Positions 8,271 through 15,370 of a stretch of DNA of 32,000 nt are shown piece after piece. The stretch spans positions 30,001-62,000 of the forward strand of contig NC_009930.1 in the NCBI RefSeq assembly GCF_000018105.1, written 5' to 3'. Numbering within the stretch: the first letter of the stretch is position 1; each line of letters begins with the position of its first letter. The notes under the pieces are model-generated. The model did no database searches, was not told where the DNA came from, and was given only the letters and a program-made list of their open reading frames with translations. Source of the DNA: Acaryochloris marina MBIC11017 (lineage in GTDB: Bacteria; Cyanobacteriota; Cyanobacteriia; Thermosynechococcales; Thermosynechococcaceae). Made by a program: the position numbers and the translations under genes.

Positions 8271-8950
8271 TGTCTTTATCCATACGCTGAAATGCATGGG
8301 ATTTGAGCCAATGCTATCACACTAGAATTTGCTTATAACTCCCTCCAGACAAATAACTTATATTGATTAAATTTCCCTTGCACTGCATAGGAAAATAGAT
8401 ATATTGTTGACATGGATGAGAGGGACTTCTCTACAACCCTCAATCCTCTGCACTAATCAGGTCCATAGCCCATCGGTGGGGGCAATCAATACCCACCCTC
8501 CAGACGATGCACTCGGAATGCATCAGGAAGCCTAAACCCCTTCCAACCCGCTAACGGGGCTGTTCCTCAGCGAGAGAGGACAGAGAACGCTGAGCGGGTC
8601 AGTCCAATGTTTCTAGTCGCTACACCAGGAGAAATACATGGATAATTCACAGACCATTCTGGATTTGCTTTCACAGATGCAAGCCACGGCAGACGACATC
8701 AAACGAACCTGTCAAGAGACGAGGGAACGGCTGGGCCAGCAACGACGGTCCATCCATGATCAGGTCCAAGAGACGCTTGATCGGTATCCCTTACTTTGAC
8801 CGATACGACCTTGCGATCGCAGTACGCCACACGGACGCTTCACAAAGCTGCACAACCGATATTCGAGATTCGGCGCGAGGATTGGGCGCAGACCACCACT
8901 GCGAGAGTCCCACCGTACTCTCATTCAGAGAGTTTCGTCACTCAAATTCA

Positions 8951-9643
8951 ATGGTGAACATCATGTCTAACAAAAACTTTGAAGCCTGCACACGCAACGC
9001 CCTCACCATCGCGGCTCGTCAGGCTCTAGGACTGGCGGAAGATGCCAAGCTACGGAAGCATCTCATCATTACCTACCTGCCCGAGAACGTGCGGAAGCGG
9101 GACGGTGAAGATGCGGATACCACTTCTGAGCTGTGCCAATTCGCCCAGCAGTTAAAGGATGGCTCGGTCAACCTCCGGGGAACGGAACATTGCATCCGAC
9201 TCGCTGAAATCCTAGACCTAGATGATACGCAGATGGCGAAAAAGGCAGTCAAACCCGAGAAGAAGGCCAAGGGCTTAACTCGGATGCAGAAGGCGGTCTA
9301 CGGACTGCTGAAGCAAGCTGCAATGGGTGATGCCGTGGGGGTCGCCGCAGCCTATGAGACGGCTTTAGTCTGCAACCTTAAGAATATCGCTGGGATTCTC
9401 ACAACTGGCGAGACTCTGAAGGGAAAACAGGATGAAGTCAGTGCCCTCGTGGATGAGGTCTGCGGTTTGGCGGGGGTTCAGTACAAGGATACTGAGGGGG
9501 TTGAGAAATACCTCCTTGGTTTGTATCCGAGCTATGCCTCCGATATTGCGGGTGCCTTTGAATGGCACACGGCAAAAGCCTGGAGTACGGCTCGGTACAA
9601 CATCGACCAGTACCTCCAGTCCAGCCAACATCAGGCTGCTTAA
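8951..9643 (+). CDS. Hypothetical protein (about 230 aa)
   Basis: The track ORF opens at 8756, but its first 65 codons look non-coding (Arg/Cys/His-rich and containing a HIP1 site). ATGs at 8951 and 8963 begin a normal-looking helical protein (MVNIMSNKNFEACTRNALTIAARQALG...). A strong terminator follows. Confidence 0.5.
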   Translation: MVNIMSNKNFEACTRNALTIAARQALGLAEDAKLRKHLIITYLPENVRKRDGEDADTTSELCQFAQQLKDGSVNLRGTEHCIRLAEILDLDDTQMAKKAVKPEKKAKGLTRMQKAVYGLLKQAAMGDAVGVAAAYETALVCNLKNIAGILTTGETLKGKQDEVSALVDEVCGLAGVQYKDTEGVEKYLLGLYPSYASDIAGAFEWHTAKAWSTARYNIDQYLQSSQHQAA

Positions 9644-9658
9644 CGTTGCTCCGAGAAT

Positions 9659-9701
9659 CCCCTCCGATCCTTCACTGGGTTGGAGGGGGTTCTTTTTTTT
9701 G
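9659..9701 (+). terminator. Rho-independent terminator
   Basis: CCCCTCC (9659-9665) pairs with GGAGGGG (9682-9688). The stem extends with G-U pairs to about 12 bp around the loop TTCACT. The tract GTTCTTTTTTTTG follows, 16 nt after the TAA stop. Confidence 0.7.
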
Positions 9702-10287
9702 TGGTTATTCCTGAATTAATGCCAAGGAATTGATGGGAATGACTTTATTCCGTTGATAATCAACAATGAATAGGTTTTTCTTGGGGCCGATCACCAGTGG
9801 AAGCGGGGGCTTTTCTTGCAACAGAAGCCATAAAAGGATTCGTTGGCCTTGCGGTCAGAGTCTTCGGTGAAATGGCTGACATCAAAGTTGATGAGCCCTT
9901 CAAACTACTCCTATTCAATGCCACCGAAAAATACGTCCAAACTTACATAAAGCACCACGGCCATGTCCAGGTCATCCCCTTAGATGCCATATATTCCGGT
10001 GCTAGGAGTTAGCGGCTATAAGGTCTGGGCTAGAAGTTAATTCTTTTAGACAATTAATGATGGTTTGTTAATCTCAAAAAAACATAATCCTTTCATTATC
10101 AAGAGCAAACGCACTGATACTTAGTTGTTCTAGCCGTTAGATTTATCCGATAGAACATATCTAAAGAATCAATATCTATAAAGTTGCTTTAACCCAGACC
10201 TTTTGGCCGCCAGCAAAAAATGCAGAAATTTGCCAGAAAATAGATATTAAATCAGCACAGACTAGGGTTCTGTTTCGCTTCCATGCA

Positions 10288-10764
10288 TCAATGCCCATGG
10301 CCGTCATCGTGGTCATCATGGTCGTCACCATGTCCGTCAAACGTCTTCGCATCCCAAGCCCAAAGATGGGAAAAGCCATGATCTATGTAGATGATCCGAT
10401 ACCCTTCATCGTTCTTGCCGGACGTGCTGTCGGCCATGATCTCACGAGCAAAAGCGATGTAAACAGGGCCATCCTCCTCCGGTGGAGTTTCAACCACCTT
10501 GTAGCACCAATACTCATTGTTTATGAGTCCACCCACATATTCCATCTCATCATCGTGCCAGTCCACATCAAAGTGGCTGCTGCCTTCATGAGATTCTAAA
10601 TGGTGCCACACAAAAGAAGCGTGACCCTTTTGGGGGTTATTGCCTTGAGATAGGGTGAAGGAACCGATTGAGGGGGCGAGATACCCAAGCACGTGGTCTG
10701 GTGCTTCGAAGTTCGGATCCAGCTCTTTCTCAATGTTGATTTTATGTCCGTGGGGGCCTTTCAT
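10288..10764 (-). CDS. His-rich hypothetical protein with a His/Asp C-terminal tail
   Basis: 158 aa. AGGAG sits 7 nt upstream of the ATG. The tail is GHGDDHDDHDDGHGH, and many internal His residues occur (HGH, WHHLESHEGSSH, WHDDE). Confidence 0.6.
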   Translation of the reverse strand: MKGPHGHKINIEKELDPNFEAPDHVLGYLAPSIGSFTLSQGNNPQKGHASFVWHHLESHEGSSHFDVDWHDDEMEYVGGLINNEYWCYKVVETPPEEDGPVYIAFAREIMADSTSGKNDEGYRIIYIDHGFSHLWAWDAKTFDGHGDDHDDHDDGHGH

Positions 10765-11162
10765 AAATTCTCCTGTAGGAAAAGATCAAATTGGTAATTC
10801 TTCTAGGGTTATGACAGAGTCATTGTCATAACCGAATGGTAAACATAAAGTTTTATACATTCTTATTAGCTATTCAGCTTGAAATCTAATGATTACGAAA
10901 TCTGAAATATATCTTTGAACTTGGCGTTCGCGTAACAAATTAGTGAAACAAATAATCGCCTAAATACACCTAAAACCCTTACTGGTAAATGCATAGAACA
11001 ATAGCCCTGTTGGTGAAAGGCCATTTCTTTTCTCTAAATATTGCGTCAAATTGCTTGGTTTATGAGTCTATTCAGACAAAGAATAATTTTTCAGAAAGAT
11101 AGATCTATAGGCTGTAACGTTTACATAGAAAGTATTGCAAGTATTTTGAACAAGAAATCTTT

Positions 11163-11315
11163 TTACATTTCTATAACGCGAACGTCAAGTTGAATTTTGC
11201 CATCAACCCTCCCCAGCTTACATAGGAACTCAGCTTGGTCACAGACAACACCCAAGCCCGCATTTCTACCAATGAAATAGCCTGCAATCAGACCGATAGC
11301 AAAACAGCAAACCAT
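11163..11315 (-). CDS. 50-aa small membrane protein, paralogue copy 1 (not in ORF track)
   Basis: MVCCFAIGLIAGYFIGRNAGLGVVCDQAEFLCKLGRVDGKIQLDVRVIEM*. AAGGGG lies 8 nt upstream of the ATG. It is 29 of 39 identical, with mostly conservative changes, to the copy at 14544-14696. The C-terminus diverges exactly where the repeat ends. Confidence 0.4.
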   Translation of the reverse strand: MVCCFAIGLIAGYFIGRNAGLGVVCDQAEFLCKLGRVDGKIQLDVRVIEM

Positions 11316-11344
11316 CAGGGTCACCCCTTGCCATCGGTCCTGGT

Positions 11345-11460
11345 TCAGCTTGACTTTGAGCCGTTCTGTTCGTGTGAGCCTCGTGCAGTTTCCACGACCT
11401 GATTGAGTATGGTGTCTACCCGCCGATCCGTGACGAGCGGTTCGGGCTGATCGTCATTCC
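11345..11460 (-). pseudogene. 3' remnant of a paralogue of the 210-aa gene at 14738-15370
   Basis: It reads QPEPLVTDRRVDTILNQVVETARGSHEQNG, compared with QPEPLVTDQQVDDILDQVVENARHSREPNG in the intact gene. The stop is mutated (TAA to TCA). Homology ends abruptly at 11460. Confidence 0.5.
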
Positions 11461-11567
11461 TTAACTACCTCCACACTATCCCTCACGGGTTTGATCGGCC
11501 CACAGAAAAAGCATGGCGAGATGCAGCCCATAACTTCAAGAAGCATGTTGAAGCCTTGGAGCAGTAA
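11461..11567 (+). pseudogene. Possible 3' remnant of a paralogue of the gene at 8951-9643
   Basis: It reads ...HGFDRPTEKAWRDAAHNFKKHVEALEQ*, compared with ...GAFEWHTAKAWSTARYNIDQYLQSSQHQAA*. It is followed by the same terminator type as that gene. The similarity is weak. Confidence 0.3.
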
Positions 11568-11589
11568 GCAGCGTAACATTACCCGAAAT

Positions 11590-11639
11590 CCCCCTCCAAC
11601 CCAATGAAGGATCGGAGGGGATGCTTTTTTGGCTTTTTC
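11590..11639 (+). terminator. Terminator hairpin, second copy with an inverted loop
   Basis: The structure is CCCCCTCC (11590-11597), AACCCAATGAAGGATC, GGAGGGG (11614-11620), then ATGCTTTTTTGGCTTTTT. Stem arms and flanks match the 9659-9701 terminator. The 16-nt interior is its reverse complement, with one mismatch. Confidence 0.55.
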
Positions 11640-11712
11640 TGGAAATAAGGATTAGGTCTTTGAAATCTGAAAAATCACTCAAAAGAATAATCTAAATGTT
11701 TTTACATTGAAT

Positions 11713-13689
11713 TTAGTTGTTGTTCTGAAGTGACTGGAGATTCATCCGGGCAAAATGTTCAAGCAACATCCGATGGATAAAGATATAACCACCACCAACT
11801 TTTTGTAGAAAAAGACGCTCAACAGCATAATCTAGGAAGCGGGAATAGTTCCAGGGAATATAACCCATACGGTAAAGCATAAAGCGAAGAGTAAAATGTT
11901 GAAGACAAGCAGCACCACCACCATACAGTCCGCCGATCATTCCAAAAATTGAGAAACCGATCAACCCAATGGGTAGCCAAAATTCAAATCCACCGATCAG
12001 TCCAAAAGCTATCCCGCCGATTAGCCCAAAGAATAGCCCAAAAATGAGTGTATTGCGAGCAGTCATCCACAGTCCCTGATTTGCTTTAAATTTCTTTTGA
12101 AATGATACTTCTGGACCTCTGAATCCACTAATAAGCCAGTAAAGCAACCAATAGAGTAACCAATAAATTAGTCCAAAACTCAGCCCAAAATATAGTCCAC
12201 TAGTCAGTCCAATAATCAGTCCAATAATCAGCCCTAACAGTGAAGCATTCACTGCTACTTTCCGAGAAGTCCTCAACGACTCAACTGTTCGTATATCTCT
12301 TAAAAATCCAATAACTATGCTAGGCAACAACCCTATAAATAGTGCAAGATACGACCCAAAAATCAACCCCAGATACGAGCCCAACATTAGGCCACCTATC
12401 AGCCCAAAAACCAGCATAAAAACCAGCATAACCATCAGTCCACTAGCCAACTGATATCTAGTTCTTTGAGGTTTTGTTTGGAGCCAATTTGGCTGCAATC
12501 GCTCAATCAAAAAGACTACTTGAGAATGCTGAACCATTCGTTGAGATAACCAAATTAACCACCGCCTTGATTGTGGTTGGAGATACTTCAGTGTAGTTCC
12601 CCGTCGTTTGAACATGCGTTGAATATAGGTATCAAACAGTTGCTGATGAAAAGCGTCTGAAGCAATTGGCTGAGAAAAGTCCTTCCATCCTGAGTCTTGA
12701 TAGGAGAGACTCATAATGCTCAATATCAAAGGCGAGGAGGCAAACGCTTTAATTTCAGAGTTCTGACTGAGCATTGATCTCAAATTCGCCAATGAATCTC
12801 CAGACCGTTCTAGATAATCATCAATTTGCTGGAGAGTTAATGGCTGAACGTAAATGGCACTTCGCAAACTTAACTCCTCAGTAAGAGCTTCGTAGTCGCG
12901 AATACGGCTACAAACAACCATCTCAGTTCGGCCATGAGTTTGGATGAATTGATTTAGAGCCTTTACACAGGTATTCCGATGTTGAGCATCAACTTCATCG
13001 AGTCCATCCAGCAACAAGATTAATTGCTCTTCTTCGATCCAGGCTTTTCCCAATGACTTAGAAACGGTATAGGTCTCATAGAGTTCCTGTACTAACCAGT
13101 CCTCGATGGACTTTCGCTGTCTAGCCCAAGACGACAGATTTACTACCACTGGTAACGGCTGGCTCAGATCCTTTGATGTTCGAGCAAGAAGGCTTTCTGC
13201 TAGCTTCAGTAAGGTTACTGTCTTCCCTGCACCAGGCTCTCCTAGTATCAGTAAGGTGCGTCCTGCTCCGATGTTTTCAAATACATCTGCGGCTGATGTG
13301 CCATTAGGCAAAACATTTATAGTCTCGGAAGAGATTTCCTTGACTCCTGCTAGAGGACTATGAACATATTCACTTCGTTCTTCTAATCCAAGTTCAATTA
13401 AGACTCGGGTATGTAGTGAGTTTGATAAGACCCCATCAATCCAGAACTGTTGGACCTTACTTAGCAGAACCTGACGCCATCTATACTCATCTTGTCTAAG
13501 AGGCTTTGTTGTGCTCAGAGGAGTTTGAGGAACCTGAACAGTACCATATACATTGACAACCCCGACCTTTTGAATCTGAGTTAATTCCAGATCTCCTCCT
13601 GAAATGCCTCCAATCTGGACATCTTTTAGAACACTATCCGAAATATTTAAACTCTTCTCAGCCCCCTGGTTAGGTTGTTTATTCATCAC
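11713..13689 (-). CDS. NACHT-family STAND NTPase with a multi-TM glycine-zipper C-terminal region
   Basis: Walker A is GEPGAGKT (aa 150-157) and Walker B is LILLLDGLDEV. The NACHT core continues with MVVCSRIRDYE... About 8 hydrophobic GxxxG-rich helices span aa 410-620. The conserved tail is VGGGYIFIHRMLLEHFA. The first codon is GTG 13689, with an ATG at 13686. Confidence 0.85.
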   Translation of the reverse strand: MMNKQPNQGAEKSLNISDSVLKDVQIGGISGGDLELTQIQKVGVVNVYGTVQVPQTPLSTTKPLRQDEYRWRQVLLSKVQQFWIDGVLSNSLHTRVLIELGLEERSEYVHSPLAGVKEISSETINVLPNGTSAADVFENIGAGRTLLILGEPGAGKTVTLLKLAESLLARTSKDLSQPLPVVVNLSSWARQRKSIEDWLVQELYETYTVSKSLGKAWIEEEQLILLLDGLDEVDAQHRNTCVKALNQFIQTHGRTEMVVCSRIRDYEALTEELSLRSAIYVQPLTLQQIDDYLERSGDSLANLRSMLSQNSEIKAFASSPLILSIMSLSYQDSGWKDFSQPIASDAFHQQLFDTYIQRMFKRRGTTLKYLQPQSRRWLIWLSQRMVQHSQVVFLIERLQPNWLQTKPQRTRYQLASGLMVMLVFMLVFGLIGGLMLGSYLGLIFGSYLALFIGLLPSIVIGFLRDIRTVESLRTSRKVAVNASLLGLIIGLIIGLTSGLYFGLSFGLIYWLLYWLLYWLISGFRGPEVSFQKKFKANQGLWMTARNTLIFGLFFGLIGGIAFGLIGGFEFWLPIGLIGFSIFGMIGGLYGGGAACLQHFTLRFMLYRMGYIPWNYSRFLDYAVERLFLQKVGGGYIFIHRMLLEHFARMNLQSLQNNN

Positions 13690-13699
13690 TAGTTAGGTT

Positions 13700-14134
13700 T
13701 TATAGAAAGAAACCAGTAGCAACCCCTAGCCAGGGAGTGATTTTTTCAACAATCGGTTTGACTTTGCTCCAAAGGCTGGAACCTGCTGCTACCGTTTCAC
13801 CTGCTTCTTTAAGTACCGTAGTGGCCTTTTTAAGGCTTTTTGCAGCATAGTCTTTGTCTGGTTTTTTTGCTTGAACTTCTTCCTTAGCAGTTTCTAGGTG
13901 TCGAAGTGCTTTACTAGCGCCGCTTTTTGGTAGCTCTGCACCTTGCAATAAGTCTTCCAATTGAGTAATGAGGCCCACGACATCAGCCTTTGTCAGTTGA
14001 GCTTCCATCCCATCCGTCCCAATTTGCTGAGTTTGGTTCACAGTCTGATCCTGCCCAGCTATTCCACCTATCTGGACATTAGAGTTTTGACCACCACTGA
14101 TATTGATAGATTGAGGAAGATTTTCTTCTGACAT
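13700..14134 (-). CDS. Small partner protein: N-terminal G/N/Q-rich motif, helical body, C-terminal hydrophobic anchor
   Basis: The 144-aa ORF ends 10 nt upstream of the NACHT start on the same strand. Its aa 9-39 (SINISGGQNSNVQIGGIAGQDQTVNQTQQIG) align without gaps to NACHT aa 13-43. The C-terminus ITPWLGVATGFFL is hydrophobic. Confidence 0.65.
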   Translation of the reverse strand: MSEENLPQSINISGGQNSNVQIGGIAGQDQTVNQTQQIGTDGMEAQLTKADVVGLITQLEDLLQGAELPKSGASKALRHLETAKEEVQAKKPDKDYAAKSLKKATTVLKEAGETVAAGSSLWSKVKPIVEKITPWLGVATGFFL

Positions 14135-14405
14135 ATCTGTAGTTGGAATTTTAATTATGTACCCTTTAAATTGTCAGTCCTTTCACTAGATGTTATAGTT
14201 CTCTTCATTAAAATTTGAGATTGAGAGACATGATTCAAAGACAATGAGCAAGTGAAAAACGCATTCATTACTCTAGAGTCAGCTAATCCTAGTTAAGCTG
14301 CTCTAGCAGCTCTCTTGGAATACTATTGGTGTCGTTCAATCATCGATGAGATAAGTGCACAATCACCGTCTGATTTAATAATTTACTTAACCTCAATAAT
14401 CAGCA

Positions 14406-14451
14406 CCGAGGCAATTTCTAGCCAAGGAGAATGGGCTAGAAATTGCCTCGG
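14406..14451 (-). terminator. Perfect 18-bp-stem hairpin, likely terminator or insulator between the accessory operon and the NACHT operon
   Basis: The arms are CCGAGGCAATTTCTAGCC (14406-14423) and GGCTAGAAATTGCCTCGG (14434-14451), with the loop AAGGAGAATG between them. It lies downstream of the minus-strand small ORF at 14544-14696. There is no clean U-tract. Confidence 0.45.
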
Positions 14452-14543
14452 ATTAATCATCTAAAACTAAATTAGAATTACTCCATTTTCCATCTCACCT
14501 CCACCTCCCAAGCCCTAGCCCCTCATAGGCTTTTCTTCGCTCA

Positions 14544-14696
14544 TCACTCTGCCCTTTTCGGCCTCAGTCGATAAACATTGCCATCAACCCTCCCCAGCTC
14601 ACACAATGGTGCAGCTTGGTCACAGACCACCCCCAAGCCCACATTCCTGCCGATGAAATAGCCCACCACTAGCCCAACGACAAGGCAGCAAACCAT
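14544..14696 (-). CDS. 50-aa small membrane protein, paralogue copy 2 (not in ORF track)
   Basis: MVCCLVVGLVVGYFIGRNVGLGVVCDQAAPLCELGRVDGNVYRLRPKRAE*. AAGGGG lies 8 nt upstream of the ATG. It sits directly downstream of the 210-aa gene. It is conserved at protein level with copy 1, although the DNA has diverged. Confidence 0.45.
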   Translation of the reverse strand: MVCCLVVGLVVGYFIGRNVGLGVVCDQAAPLCELGRVDGNVYRLRPKRAE

Positions 14697-14737
14697 CAGG
14701 GTCACCCCTTGCCATCGGTCCCGATTCAGTCTGACCT

Positions 14738-15370
14738 TTAGCCGTTCGGTTCGCGTGAATGTCGTGCGTTCTCCACAACCTGATCGAGGATGTCGTCTAC
14801 CTGCTGATCCGTGACGAGAGGTTCGGGCTGATAGTCGTTTCCCAGCTTCCCCAGGCCATCGTTTAGTCCCCGGTAGAATGCCCCATCTACAACCTTGGCC
14901 GCTAGTTCCTGGTTATGTTGAATTCTGCCTTCCATCCCTTGGGCAATTTGCAAGCCCGCATCATAGGACCGTTGTGCTGGAATTGATAGGTTGTGTGCTG
15001 GATTGTTACCCGTATGACTGCCTGCATCAGTGCCTGTATGGCTACCCACATCGTTACCTGCAACCATATCGCCTTGCTGCACGGAAGTTAATGCGGAACT
15101 CTCTTGCTCATAGGCTGCATTCACACTCTCTTTGCGCTCCTCCCAAACTTGGCTCAATGCATCATAGTCTGTGATTTCCCCACTATCGACCCAGCTACGA
15201 ACAATGCCGATGCAGTATGCGGTCTGTTGCTTGAATTTTGTTCCATTGGGTTTTAGCCCCATTGCCTTGAGGGTGTTTGCTAGCTCCTCTTCTGAATCTT
15301 CAATGCCGTTGAAAAACTGCTCCAAGAGTTGTGTCCGGGATACTGCATCGTTACTGGATTTCGTCGTCAT
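14738..15370 (-). CDS. Hypothetical protein (210 aa), second gene of the accessory operon divergent from the relaxase
   Basis: Clean ORF whose start overlaps the upstream gene by 20 nt. It contains an internal GSHTGTDAGSHTGN repeat. No domain recognised. Confidence 0.6.
   Translation of the reverse strand: MTTKSSNDAVSRTQLLEQFFNGIEDSEEELANTLKAMGLKPNGTKFKQQTAYCIGIVRSWVDSGEITDYDALSQVWEERKESVNAAYEQESSALTSVQQGDMVAGNDVGSHTGTDAGSHTGNNPAHNLSIPAQRSYDAGLQIAQGMEGRIQHNQELAAKVVDGAFYRGLNDGLGKLGNDYQPEPLVTDQQVDDILDQVVENARHSREPNG

Noticed and set aside
8756-8950. First 65 codons of the 8756-9643 ORF
   Set aside because: The composition is Arg/Cys/His/Asp-rich and contains a HIP1 palindrome. This part overlaps the end of a separate 51-codon ORF. 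Two in-frame ATGs at 8951 and 8963 start the protein-like part.
9797-10012. 71-aa GTG-initiated ORF (MEAGAFLATEAIKGFVGLAVRVFGEMADIK...)
   Set aside because: I suspected it might be a 5' fragment of a STAND/NACHT-type gene. However, the similarity is only impressionistic, the start is non-ATG without a ribosome-binding site, and it ends after 71 codons. The support is too weak to annotate.
10291-10599. Plus-strand ORF antisense to the His-rich gene, and ORF 10176-10379
   Set aside because: These are shadow ORFs created by the GAT/CAT-rich (Asp/His) codon repeats of the minus-strand gene, which has the strong AGGAG start context.
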